Below are positions 1 to 8,288 of a stretch of DNA of 45,777 nucleotides, piece by piece. Origin of the DNA: Candidatus Nanohaloarchaea archaeon (GTDB lineage Archaea > Nanohalarchaeota > Nanosalinia > Nanosalinales > Nanosalinaceae). The stretch covers positions 1-45,777 of the forward strand of contig JBKHHG010000001.1 of NCBI GenBank assembly GCA_046539225.1, in the 5' to 3' direction. The first letter of the stretch is position 1; every line of letters begins with the position of its first letter. The position numbers and the translations under genes were made by a program. Below the pieces are notes generated by a model that did not search any database, was not told the DNA's origin, and saw only the letters and a list, made by a program, of their open reading frames with translations.

Positions 1-231
1 ATCTTGACCTCGTATCCTATCTTGCTCAAGGCCTCGAAGAAGTTCTCCTCGCCGGGCGTCTCGCCTTTAATTACATAAGCAGAGGCCCTGATAAGCCTTC
101 TGTTCATTACGGCTGCATCTAAAACTTTTTTGAAGTCTACTTTGCTGTTGTAAAGGTTTTTCGCGCTATAGTACATGTTCTGAACGTCTACAAAGACGCC
201 CACTCTCTGATCTTTGTGTATTTCTGCCATT
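1..231 (-). CDS. NYN/LabA-like (DUF88) domain protein; only the N-terminal 77 aa lie in the window
   Basis: Absent from the ORF track because it runs off the window edge. My reverse-strand translation from the ATG (complement of 229-231) gives MAEIHKDQRVGVFVDVQNMYYSAKNLYNSKVDFKKVLDAAVMNRRLIRASAYVIKGETPGEENFFEALSKIGYEVK. The 'VGVFVDxxN' opening is typical of NYN/LabA-fold proteins. Confidence 0.7.
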
Positions 232-344
232 TTTTATCTTACCTGAATTAGTGTCAAACAAGTAGTTCAGTTTGCGGGGAAGAAAGTTATAACGCTGCGG
301 TACGCCCCACCAACCATTTATTTGTTTATACCCTGAAGTAGTAT

Positions 345-662
345 ATGCAGGTTAACGAAGCAACGAGAAGAGAAGTCTTGAAGCTTTTAGGCCTTGGAGC
401 GGCTTCTGCAGCCGCCTCAACAGTAGAACTCTCAGAATGCAACGATATCGAGATCATGCTTGAGGAGACAGGCCTCAACACCTCTCTCGGAACACAGTAC
501 GAATTGAAAATACAGGGCGCTGATTCAGTGGAGCTCTATGAAAAAGGAGAGAAGATAGGAGAGTACAGCGACACCGACCACGTCATAATCCCTGAAGGGG
601 AGTACGTCTTCCGTATCGTAAAAAACGGCTGTAGTTATAACGAGACAAGACAACTGGATTAG
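345..662 (+). CDS. small secreted hypothetical protein with a twin-arginine (Tat) signal
   Basis: 105-aa ORF. The N-terminus 'TRREVLKLLGLGAASAAAS' matches the Tat consensus (S/T-R-R-x-F/V-L-K plus a hydrophobic stretch). An A/T-rich TATA-like element (317-330) lies about 20 nt upstream of the ATG. Confidence 0.6.
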   Translation: MQVNEATRREVLKLLGLGAASAAASTVELSECNDIEIMLEETGLNTSLGTQYELKIQGADSVELYEKGEKIGEYSDTDHVIIPEGEYVFRIVKNGCSYNETRQLD

Positions 663-1499
663 CTACTTTTTCAAGGCCTTGATCTTTTCGATGTTCTCGC
701 CGTAACCCCGGGAATCAGAGGTAGGAGTCTCCAGAATCATCGGAAGATCTTTGAAGGCCTGACTGTTCACAACGTTTTCAAAGCCTTCTTCCCCGATCTC
801 TCCCTCACCGATATGCTCGTGGTTGTCCTTCTCCGATCCGCGTTCATCCTTTGAATCGTTTAGATGCAAGAGTTCAACGTTTTCAAGGCCTAAATCCTGT
901 TCGATCTCCTGGATCATGTCCTGAAAGCCTTCTCGCGTTTTCAGGTCATAGCCTGCGGCATGTGCGTGACAGGTGTCGATGCAGATACCAACATTTTCCT
1001 GTTCCACGCCTTCAACCATCTGCCTCAGCTCTCCAAACGATCTGCCGAGAGTGGTGCCTTTACCCGCCGTGTTTTCGAAAAGAAGAGTCACAGAATCCGG
1101 GATCTTTAGATCGTTTACCGCAGAAACTATAGTATCTATCCCGGAACTTCTTCCAGAGCCTGTATGCGCACCAGGATGAAAGACAACGAATTCAACGCCC
1201 AGATTTCCCGCGGCATAAAGCTCGTCCTGAAGACAGGCCTTTGACTTTTCCAAGAGATCATCTTTAGGCGTCGCAAGGTTCACCAGGTATGTAGAATGTA
1301 TTACGTAAGGCCTCTGTCCCGACTCCTCTTTACCTTTCCTAAACTTTGAGGCCTCTTCATCCGAGTACTGTTTCACGCTCCATGTCCTCGGTGACCCAGC
1401 AAAGATCTGGCCGCAGTTGCCGCCCACCTCTTCCTGCCTTTCAAATGCTTTGTCAGCTCCTCCCGAGACACTTACATGCGCACCTAATCTAAAACTCAT
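663..1499 (-). CDS. nfo: endonuclease IV (AP endonuclease, deoxyribonuclease IV)
   Basis: 278 aa. Metal-binding motifs seen: 'HSTYLVNL', 'VFHPGAH', 'ICIDTCHAHAAGYD', 'LHLNDSK', 'HEHIGEGEIG'. Confidence 0.92.
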   Translation of the reverse strand: MSFRLGAHVSVSGGADKAFERQEEVGGNCGQIFAGSPRTWSVKQYSDEEASKFRKGKEESGQRPYVIHSTYLVNLATPKDDLLEKSKACLQDELYAAGNLGVEFVVFHPGAHTGSGRSSGIDTIVSAVNDLKIPDSVTLLFENTAGKGTTLGRSFGELRQMVEGVEQENVGICIDTCHAHAAGYDLKTREGFQDMIQEIEQDLGLENVELLHLNDSKDERGSEKDNHEHIGEGEIGEEGFENVVNSQAFKDLPMILETPTSDSRGYGENIEKIKALKK

Positions 1500-1558
1500 A
1501 GTTACTGATTACGCCTCCAGATTGAAATACCTTCAATACCCAATTTTTTGACCGGGAC

Positions 1559-2362
1559 TCAGGCCTGATTGTTCCACGGCGCGTACTCGGGATCGACCTT
1601 TTTCTCCTTTCTCTCGATCGAATCAATTTTTTCAACATCTTCTTCATCAAGCCTCAGATCCTGCGATTCAAGGTTGTCCCGGAGATGTTCCCCGGTCGAG
1701 GCCTTCGGAACCGCGGAGACATCTTTCCCGTTAAGCCAGGCCAGAGAGATCTGAGCCTCTGAGACGCCGTGTTTTTCCGCGACCTCCTGCACTTCTTTAA
1801 TGTTGAAGACCTCTCCTCTAGCCAGTGGAGAATACGCCACAGGTTGAATACCGTGTTTTACGGAGTTCTCAACGAGTTTATCCTGTGGAAGAAGAGGATG
1901 CATCTCGAACTGGTGAGCCACAATGTGCTCTCCTGCAATCCTTATTGCTTCATCGACCTGGCCCGGTAAAAAGTTGCTCAGGCCTATCGAACCGATCAAA
2001 TCCTTCTCCACAGCTTTTTCAAAGGCCTTCAGGGTTTCTTCAGGCCTGTAATCCCCCGCAGGATAATGAACGTACATTAAATCGATTCTGTCGACTCCAA
2101 GCCGTTCCAGAGAGTGTTCAATAGATTCTACAACTTTTCCTGGTGAAAGCCTGTCGGTCCAGACCTTTGAAGCCAGGAAAAAGTCTTCTCTATCGACTTT
2201 TGAGGCCTTTATGCCTTCTCCAACGTATTTTTCGTTGTGATAGTGCTGGGCCGTGTCTATATGTCTGTAGCCGATGTTCAATGCTTTTTCAACGGAGTTC
2301 CTGCATTTTTCTGGATCGGTATTTCTCCAGGTTCCAAGTCCGAGCTCAGGGACGGTTTCCAT
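1559..2362 (-). CDS. aldo/keto reductase family oxidoreductase
   Basis: 267 aa. 'LGLGTWRN', 'GYRHIDTAQHYHNE' and 'LASKVW' are AKR catalytic D/Y/K/H signature regions. Size is typical of 2,5-diketo-D-gluconate reductase-like AKRs. Confidence 0.88.
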   Translation of the reverse strand: METVPELGLGTWRNTDPEKCRNSVEKALNIGYRHIDTAQHYHNEKYVGEGIKASKVDREDFFLASKVWTDRLSPGKVVESIEHSLERLGVDRIDLMYVHYPAGDYRPEETLKAFEKAVEKDLIGSIGLSNFLPGQVDEAIRIAGEHIVAHQFEMHPLLPQDKLVENSVKHGIQPVAYSPLARGEVFNIKEVQEVAEKHGVSEAQISLAWLNGKDVSAVPKASTGEHLRDNLESQDLRLDEEDVEKIDSIERKEKKVDPEYAPWNNQA

Positions 2363-2398
2363 AACTTTCGATAGAGGGAAAACTCCAAAAAAGCTTTT

Positions 2399-2956
2399 TC
2401 AGGTGTCGTGGTCCTCAAATGGTTCGCCGTATTTATCGGTGAGAAGGTTGACAGCAGCCTTTGCGCCGTCTCCTATCGCCACCGAGCTCTGGTACTCCCA
2501 TGTATTGGCGAGGCCTGCCGCGTAGACGTTTTCACCGGCTCTATTTGACTTATCTGTCACTATGTGGCGATCCATCATGTAAGGGCCTTCAACGCCTTCT
2601 TCAAACTCTACTTCAAGATCTATAAACTCCAGGTTCCCTGCTGATGCAATTACAACGTATTCTGCAGTGTAATCAGATTCCTGGGTTGAAACTTTGAGGC
2701 CTGAATCTGTTCTTTCAAGTTTCACGGCTTCTTCCTGTCTTATCTTTCCTCCAAAGTTTTCTACTTTTTCCCTGCCCGATTCAAGGAGTTCTTTGCCTGC
2801 AATGGAATCATGGCCTACCAGGTTTTGAATGTTTGACGTGCTTAACACGAAAGATTCTCCTGTGTCAAGCACCAGTGTTTCTTCTCCTGCCTTTGCGGTC
2901 ATTACCGCGGCCTGGAGTCCTGCGAGGCCTCCTCCAATGACTATTACGTCTTCCAT
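2399..2956 (-). CDS. short FAD-dependent oxidoreductase, thioredoxin-reductase-like but lacking the NAD(P)H domain
   Basis: The ORF track extends to 2998. I prefer the ATG at 2956 ('MEDVIVIGGGLAGLQAAV', a GxGxxG FAD fold at the N-terminus). A C-terminal 'VYAAGLAN...AIGDGAKAA' GD motif is present. There is no second Rossmann motif and no CxxC. Confidence 0.7.
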   Translation of the reverse strand: MEDVIVIGGGLAGLQAAVMTAKAGEETLVLDTGESFVLSTSNIQNLVGHDSIAGKELLESGREKVENFGGKIRQEEAVKLERTDSGLKVSTQESDYTAEYVVIASAGNLEFIDLEVEFEEGVEGPYMMDRHIVTDKSNRAGENVYAAGLANTWEYQSSVAIGDGAKAAVNLLTDKYGEPFEDHDT

Positions 2957-3014
2957 GAATAATAAGCTGGTAAAAATTTCTAAATATCTTTTTGCCAAAA
3001 AAAGGAAAAAGTGG

Positions 3015-3605
3015 TCAGGCCTTCAAGCCCTGGAATCTTTCACCTGCTTCTTCCCAGTCGATCAGCTTGAAGAAGCCGTCGATGAACTCTGCTCTGTCGG
3101 GTCCGTAGTCGTGGTAATAGGAGTGTTCCCAGACATCGAGCGCGAGGACAGGGTGTGCTCCCCATACCGCTCCTTCGTCGTGCCTGTCGACCGCAACGTT
3201 GTGCAGCTCATCGTTTCTCGGTATGTAGACCAGCAAGGCCCATCCTGACGCGGATTTTGCCGCGGCCTTGAACTCTTGCTTCCATCTCGAGTAGCTTCCG
3301 AAGTCTTCCTCGATTTTTTCCCTGAGCAGGCCTTGAGGCTTTCCGCCACCGTCTGGCCTCATAGTGTTCCAGAATACTTCGTGGAGGATATGGCCTGAAA
3401 AGTTGTGGGTGAAGCTGTTCAGGAGTTTCCCGGTTGAGGAGTACTCCGAACTTTCCCGCTGTTTTTCAAGGCCTTCTTCCGCGGAGTTAAGGCCGTTTAC
3501 GTATCCCTGGTGGTGGATGTCGTGGTGCCACTCCATAACCTGTTCGGATATAACCGGTTTTAGGGCGTTGTAGCTGTAGGGCAGTTCAGATAGTTTTTCT
3601 CTCAT
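3015..3605 (-). CDS. sod: Fe/Mn superoxide dismutase
   Basis: 196 aa. 'LPYSYNALKP', 'HHDIHHQGYV' and 'DVWEHSYYHDYG' are canonical Fe/Mn-SOD motifs. Confidence 0.95.
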   Translation of the reverse strand: MREKLSELPYSYNALKPVISEQVMEWHHDIHHQGYVNGLNSAEEGLEKQRESSEYSSTGKLLNSFTHNFSGHILHEVFWNTMRPDGGGKPQGLLREKIEEDFGSYSRWKQEFKAAAKSASGWALLVYIPRNDELHNVAVDRHDEGAVWGAHPVLALDVWEHSYYHDYGPDRAEFIDGFFKLIDWEEAGERFQGLKA

Positions 3606-3665
3606 AGAATCACCTTTAACACGTTTTTCTCAGGCAGCGGTAAGAATCTTTGGGTTTAAAGATGT

Positions 3666-3695
3666 AAGAAAAAAGTTAGCGGAACTTGTCCGCTA
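3666..3695 (-). terminator. hairpin plus oligo-T terminator downstream of the 3693-4364 gene
   Basis: On the minus strand: UAGCGGA-CAAGU-UCCGCUA (7-bp stem, 3677-3695, containing the stop codon) followed by ACUUUUUUCUU (3667-3677). Confidence 0.5.
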
Positions 3696-4364
3696 CTCTG
3701 AACTGTTTGAGTCTCCGAGGTCGCCTTCATCTTCCTGGAGCGCCTCTAAACGGCTTTCCACGTCGATAGGCAGTCTTAGCTGTCCCATAGCAGTTCTCTG
3801 CTCGGGGAACAGGAAGGATCCATCAGTCGTCATGTAGAAGTTCTGCGGGAACTCCTGACTCTGGGTCTCATTGGTCTCATTTCCTTGAACCGGTGCCTCT
3901 TGAGTCACGTTCGTCGAAATGTAGAACATCCCGTTCTTCGTCTCTGAGTCAGTTACTTCAAAGTCCTGGAACTGGGCCCCGTAAAGATCGTTCAGCCTCT
4001 GCTCTGCCTGCTGAGGCGTGATCTCGGTGCCGGCAGGCGATACATCAATTACCATACCCATCAAAAGGCCTAAGATCAGGCCTCCAGCGACTCCCGCAGC
4101 CAGTAAAGCCTCCGGCGACAAACCGCCGAGAAGGCCTCCTGCAGTCTCTTCTTCTATCTCTTCAACCAGTTCCTCTTCAACGTCTTCCTCTTCAATCTCT
4201 ACTTCTTCGCCGTCCATCCTCTTCTGGATGAACTCCTTGACAGTCTTCCTGTCCTTGTTGTCTTCCTCCTGTTGAAGAAGGCTCTGGTAATCAGGGTCTT
4301 CAAGATCCCTGATCTGATCCTTGACCTCGTCGACAGTAGCACTAAAATCTACGTCTTCAGTCAT
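3693..4364 (-). CDS. hypothetical single-pass membrane protein with an acidic N-terminal domain
   Basis: The ORF track starts at 4385. I prefer ATG 4364 ('MTEDVDF...') because a TATA-like 'TTTTATAAAATT' (complement of ~4385-4397) lies about 26 nt upstream, suggesting a leaderless mRNA. It has an E-rich stretch and then the TM segment 'LLAAGVAGGLILGLLMGMVI'. Confidence 0.6.
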   Translation of the reverse strand: MTEDVDFSATVDEVKDQIRDLEDPDYQSLLQQEEDNKDRKTVKEFIQKRMDGEEVEIEEEDVEEELVEEIEEETAGGLLGGLSPEALLAAGVAGGLILGLLMGMVIDVSPAGTEITPQQAEQRLNDLYGAQFQDFEVTDSETKNGMFYISTNVTQEAPVQGNETNETQSQEFPQNFYMTTDGSFLFPEQRTAMGQLRLPIDVESRLEALQEDEGDLGDSNSSE

Positions 4365-4417
4365 GTATATACCCAAGTATAGCAATTTTATAAAACTAAA
4401 CAGTTTAACTCAGCGGC

Positions 4418-4436
4418 AAAAAACCCCCTTCAAAAA
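4418..4436 (-). terminator. oligo-T tracts immediately 3' of tRNA-Trp
   Basis: The minus strand reads ...CCCCCA-UCCUCUCAUUUUUGAAGGGGGUUUUUUGCC. There is a T5 at 4432-4436 and a T6 at 4418-4423, typical archaeal termination signals. Confidence 0.5.
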
Positions 4437-4444
4437 TGAGAGGA

Positions 4445-4714
4445 TGGGGGCGACAGGATTTGAACCTGCGACCTACCGCTTTCCCCAACGATCTTCTGAA
4501 AGATCGATCATCAGGAACCATTCTTTGAATGGCTCGGAGAGATTTAATCATCGGAACACGAAGGCTTCAAGGCCTTCTCGAACTGACACGCAGAAGCGGG
4601 TCAGTGTTCCTCATCCCTCCAGTCACAGAGAGATGGCTGGAAAGCCATCATACACTGTTAACTGCTGTAGCAGTTACTGGAGGCGGTCGCTCTCCCAAGC
4701 TGAGCTACACCCCC
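4445..4714 (-). tRNA. tRNA-Trp (anticodon CCA) with a ~196-nt intron at the canonical 37/38 position; no encoded CCA tail
   Basis: Hand-folded. The 5' exon (4714-4677) is GGGGGUG-UA-GCUC-AGCUUGGGA-GAGC-G-ACCGC-CUCCAG. The 3' exon (4480-4445) is A-GCGGU-AGGUC-GCAGG-UUCAAAU-CCUGU-CGCCCCC-A. Acceptor, D, anticodon and T stems all pair, and the anticodon CCA is at 4678-4680. The splice junctions fit a bulge-helix-bulge: C32-C35 pair with GGGG at the intron 3' end, flanked by 3-nt bulges (A36-G37-U and A-A-A38). Confidence 0.9.
4481..4676 (-). ncRNA. tRNA-Trp intron: long, multi-hairpin RNA with box C/D-like motifs
   Basis: Motifs in RNA sense: GUAUGAUGG (4645-4653), CUGA (4601-4604), CCGAUGA (4548-4554), CUGAUGA (4508-4514). 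CUGGAGG (4616-4622) is complementary to anticodon-loop nucleotides 31-37. Several 6-9 bp hairpins are present, and the stem GGAACAC/GUGUUCC (4604-4610/4553-4559) encloses two of them. Confidence 0.55.
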
Positions 4715-4764
4715 TGGAAAGGCCTCAACAGCCTTCCAAGCATAAGAGCTTTAGAGGCCTGAGC

Positions 4765-4774
4765 TTTAAAATAT
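4765..4774. promoter_or_regulatory. A/T-rich TATA-like element (TTTAAAATAT) in the divergent tRNA-Trp / MBL-nuclease intergenic region
   Basis: It is the only strong TATA-like element in the 94-bp spacer. It lies about 35-44 nt upstream of ATG 4809 and about 50-60 nt upstream of tRNA position 1 (4714). Confidence 0.35.
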
Positions 4775-4808
4775 CATCCACAAAAAGATTCTTCTACTAC
4801 TATTCAGT

Positions 4809-5771
4809 ATGATAAAAGAAAAAGACGGGATACACATTGAGCTCGAGGAAAAATTTGTTGCGGACTCGAGAAAGGCTTTGGGAGATGTAAATATTGCTTC
4901 TCACGCACACATGGATCACGCGTTTCAAGGCGAGGGAAAAGTAGTCGCTTCTGAACTTACCCGGAAGCTTCTGGAGTCCCGGCTTGGAAGAGAGTTGGAG
5001 ATCGATGAACATCCTGATGTAGAGCTTTTGGATTCAGGGCATATTCTGGGTTCGAGAGCCGCGTTGATCGACACCGGCGACGAAAAAATTCTTTACACCG
5101 GCGATGTCTCAACACGTGACAGAGCCTATCTAAAGGGTTTTGAACCTGTCGGGGCCGATATACTTGTGACGGAGGCGACTTACGGTGTCCCCGCATACTC
5201 TTTCCCCGATCAACAAAAAATTGAGGAGGAGATCAAGGCCTGGATCGAGGAGACTGAGTCGCCTTTTCTTTTCGGATATTCTCTGGGGAAGGCCCAGAAA
5301 CTTCAGTACATTGTCCAGGAAGTTACGGACAGGCCTTTAATCGCGCACGGCAGCGTTTTAAAGATGAATGACGTTATGGAAGAGCACACCGGCCTCAGTT
5401 TTGATGCAAGGCCTTACACCGAGAACAAAGATCTTCTGAAAGATGGGGAAGGGGTTTTTATAGGACCTACACGGTTTTCAAGCGACGATGGGTTGAATGA
5501 ACTGATTGAAGAATCCGGGGGGGTCAAGGCAGGTTTTTCCGGCTGGGGCATGACCTCAAATTACAGGCATCGGGGCGGTTACGACCAAGTGTTCCCGTTC
5601 AGCGATCACTGCGGGTTTGAAGACCTCGTGGAGATGGTGGAGAAAGTTAATCCTGAAAAGGTCTATACACACCACGGATTCGACGAGGAGCTCGCCTCAT
5701 ACCTGAAAAAAGAAAAAGGAGTAAATGCCCGGGCGTTGAAGCAGAACCAGGCCTCGCTCACAGATTTCTGA
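4809..5771 (+). CDS. metallo-beta-lactamase-fold nuclease, short beta-CASP-like (resembles ligase-associated DNA-damage-response exonucleases / COG1236)
   Basis: 320 aa. Motifs: 'SHAHMDHAF' (HxHxDH), 'DSGHILGS', 'LYTGDVS', 'TEATYG', C-terminal 'THHGF'. The exact subfamily cannot be assigned by eye. Confidence 0.65.
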   Translation: MIKEKDGIHIELEEKFVADSRKALGDVNIASHAHMDHAFQGEGKVVASELTRKLLESRLGRELEIDEHPDVELLDSGHILGSRAALIDTGDEKILYTGDVSTRDRAYLKGFEPVGADILVTEATYGVPAYSFPDQQKIEEEIKAWIEETESPFLFGYSLGKAQKLQYIVQEVTDRPLIAHGSVLKMNDVMEEHTGLSFDARPYTENKDLLKDGEGVFIGPTRFSSDDGLNELIEESGGVKAGFSGWGMTSNYRHRGGYDQVFPFSDHCGFEDLVEMVEKVNPEKVYTHHGFDEELASYLKKEKGVNARALKQNQASLTDF

Positions 5772-5804
5772 ACCGATTTAAGTTTTCAGGCCTGTTTTTG
5801 TTAC

Positions 5805-6605
5805 ATGGAAGTTACAGGGGTTGAGGGCTTGTTTGATGATGACGTAGATGAAGAGGATCTACCTGTAGAGGAGGAGACCATAGAAGAAGATTTTGATCTT
5901 GGTTTCACAACCGGGAAGATGACTGGCTGGTCGAATACGGGAAGTTATGGGCTCAAATTCGAGATAGATCCTGGGGGAAGCGAGGCCCAGGAAGCTGTTG
6001 CCGAGGATCTTCTTAGTGCTGTCAAGGATGCGGTAGAATCCCTGATAGATACTGAGGACATCAAATTTGATAATCAAGGATCAAAAACATACTCTGTAGA
6101 TATGCCGATAGTAAAGAGGGTTAGAGGCGAGGCAGATTTTGTACTTTCCGAGGATAGTATTGATTTCGATGAGTGCAGGGATCTACGCCAGAGACTCGAG
6201 CCTGAAGTGGAGGCCGACGAACTTTACGAGGAAGTCGAGAACCGGCTGAAACAGTATGTCGAGGATTACCATAGAGTCGCGGTTGAACAGCCCGGGCTTG
6301 TGGAAGAGCTTACAGACTATGTGCTTGAACCCGTGGAGGAACACATCCAGACCTATTTCAATGTCAAGCCGAGGCCTGTCATCCATCCTGAGGACGGTAT
6401 AAGCCTGAGGAGAGGCCTGGACTATCTTGAAGACCGGGACGATGTAAAGGTTGAAGACAAGAGGCCTGAAACGACTGTAGAGGTCGGAGATGAAAGCTAC
6501 AGCTTCGGCGAGCTGATGAGGGCGGCTGAACTGGTTTCACTTGGAGAAGTCAATTACAACTCCAGAGATTTTGAACCGGAGTACTCTCCTGTGAGCCCGC
6601 CTTAA
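5805..6605 (+). CDS. hypothetical highly acidic protein
   Basis: 266-aa ORF fills the gap between its neighbours. D/E-rich composition matches the rest of the proteome. No motif recognised. Confidence 0.6.
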   Translation: MEVTGVEGLFDDDVDEEDLPVEEETIEEDFDLGFTTGKMTGWSNTGSYGLKFEIDPGGSEAQEAVAEDLLSAVKDAVESLIDTEDIKFDNQGSKTYSVDMPIVKRVRGEADFVLSEDSIDFDECRDLRQRLEPEVEADELYEEVENRLKQYVEDYHRVAVEQPGLVEELTDYVLEPVEEHIQTYFNVKPRPVIHPEDGISLRRGLDYLEDRDDVKVEDKRPETTVEVGDESYSFGELMRAAELVSLGEVNYNSRDFEPEYSPVSPP

Positions 6606-6608
6606 ACA

Positions 6609-7256
6609 CTATATGTCCTCGGCTTTGGCTTCTTCCCTGATTCTTTCCAAGGCCTCCACTTGTCTTCCGAGTCTTTCCTCGGCAGCTTCTCTCGCTGTAT
6701 CGAAATGGAAATCTTCGAGTTCTGATTCGAGTCGAGGCCTTCCCTTCTCCTCAAAGTAGCTGAAAGTATCTTCTAAAGGCCTTTCCTCGTCTGACGCGTA
6801 GTGGAACATTCTCCAGAGATCCGAGACGCCGTACTTCGCCAGTCTGTCCGCATCCTGCAAAATTTTTCCCTCAACAGTTTCAGGCCTTGAATGGTGGTTT
6901 CCCACGACTTTTTCCACCGTCCTGATTCTTCCATCGGTTAAAACGTCTTCAACGTACTCTCTTACCATGTCTGCACTTCTCTCCGGGTGTCCTTCATGGC
7001 CCTCGAACGGGTCCATGTAGCCATCCTCGATATCCTGTTTTCTACCGATATCGTGGAAGAGCGCCGCAACCTCAAGCACTCTCTTATCGATGTCGAGGCC
7101 TTCACTTTCAGCGATCTTTTTCGAGGCCTTGTACACGGACTCGAGATGGTAGTACCTGAAGTCCCGGCCGCCAGCTTTCTCGTAGTAACCGGAGAACTCC
7201 TGCTTCAACCGGTTCTTCAGCTTTTCGACCTCTTCCGTGGAAAGGCCTTCACTCAT
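6609..7256 (-). CDS. HD-domain metal-dependent phosphohydrolase
   Basis: 215 aa. Contains 'AALFHDIGR' (the HD motif) and downstream 'GHEGHPERS' / 'GNHHS' histidines. Its start overlaps the stop of the upstream PEBP gene by 8 nt. Confidence 0.8.
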   Translation of the reverse strand: MSEGLSTEEVEKLKNRLKQEFSGYYEKAGGRDFRYYHLESVYKASKKIAESEGLDIDKRVLEVAALFHDIGRKQDIEDGYMDPFEGHEGHPERSADMVREYVEDVLTDGRIRTVEKVVGNHHSRPETVEGKILQDADRLAKYGVSDLWRMFHYASDEERPLEDTFSYFEEKGRPRLESELEDFHFDTAREAAEERLGRQVEALERIREEAKAEDI

Positions 7257-7686
7257 AGCGGCCTCTCAGCTCCGCCTTTTCTATTATATGGTCTTCCATC
7301 GCGTCCTCAACTTCTTCCTTATTTTTCCCTTCCTCAAGGCCTAACTCGGTGTCCAGGGCGTAAAGCTTGAACAGGTAGGTGTGTTCGCCGTCCGGCGGGT
7401 TCGGCCCGTTGTACCCGGTTTCTCTGAAATCTGTGACTCCCTCAATGCCGGGGCTTTCGCCCGGTTCAATCCGATTTGTTGAGGCCTCTATATCGTAGAC
7501 CACCCAGTGATCCCAGATCTTTCCCGCGGGCTCCATCGCATCAGGATCGTCCATAATCAGAACCAGGGAAGAGGCCTCCTCGGGGACACCGGAGACGCGA
7601 AGTTCAGGGTTTACGTTTTGCTGCATGTAGCCGACTTTATCCGGCATTTCATCGCCGTCTTCAAACTCGGGGCTCTCCAGTCTCAT
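7249..7686 (-). CDS. YbhB/YbcL family Raf-kinase-inhibitor-like (PEBP) protein
   Basis: 145 aa. 'NVNPELRVSGVP', 'VLIMDDPDA', 'WDHWVVYDI', 'GYNGPNPPDGEHTYLFKLYALD' are characteristic of the prokaryotic PEBP family. Confidence 0.88.
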   Translation of the reverse strand: MRLESPEFEDGDEMPDKVGYMQQNVNPELRVSGVPEEASSLVLIMDDPDAMEPAGKIWDHWVVYDIEASTNRIEPGESPGIEGVTDFRETGYNGPNPPDGEHTYLFKLYALDTELGLEEGKNKEEVEDAMEDHIIEKAELRGRYE

Positions 7687-7771
7687 GCACCGGGTTTGTA
7701 TCCAAAGATATTTGTGGTTTTTTGCTGTGTTTTTCGTAAGTTATTAAGGCATTCAACCCCAAATTTTGTGT

Positions 7772-8287
7772 ATGACTGGTTACGACGTTGACAACGTGCT
7801 GGACAGGCCTGTTCCATATGAAATCCTTCGGCAGATCCATCTTAGAGATGGAGGCACCTACCATGTGCAGCTTAACCTGAAGGCGGGGATCGACCAGCAG
7901 CTTGCCAGAGAGATAATCCAGGTTCTTGAAGAAGCGGGTATACTTTACAGGGTGGAGAACACGGATCCACAGCTTTTCGACGTTAACTACTCCGTATTCC
8001 CGGATATCTGGGAGGATCTCTGGATCGAAGAGCTTGCCGATGTCCCGACAACCCCGGTGCATTTCGGGACTTTCATCGAGAACTACGTGAAATCATATCT
8101 TGACACGGAAGAGGCCTCAAACATTAGAGAGATGCTTGTCGACGAATTCTTCCTCGCATTGAACAGGGAGAACGAAAACCTGATTCCCAAGGATTTTGAA
8201 GAGCTTCTCCAGGAGATCTCGGAACAGTACGAAGGCAAAAAAGCCGCCCACCAACACATAAGAGACGCACTGAACCAGACTGGTTGA
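7772..8287 (+). CDS. hypothetical protein
   Basis: The ORF track starts at a TTG (7766). An ATG at 7772 ('MTGYDVDN...') is more likely. No motif recognised. Confidence 0.55.
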   Translation: MTGYDVDNVLDRPVPYEILRQIHLRDGGTYHVQLNLKAGIDQQLAREIIQVLEEAGILYRVENTDPQLFDVNYSVFPDIWEDLWIEELADVPTTPVHFGTFIENYVKSYLDTEEASNIREMLVDEFFLALNRENENLIPKDFEELLQEISEQYEGKKAAHQHIRDALNQTG

Positions 8288-8288
8288 C

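Noticed and set aside
4321-4812. 163-aa plus-strand ORF (and the 77-aa ORF at 4529-4762) spanning the 4.4-4.8 kb region.
   Set aside because: The interval is fully explained by the minus-strand tRNA-Trp with its intron. The ORF translation is basic/Ser-rich and unlike the other proteins.
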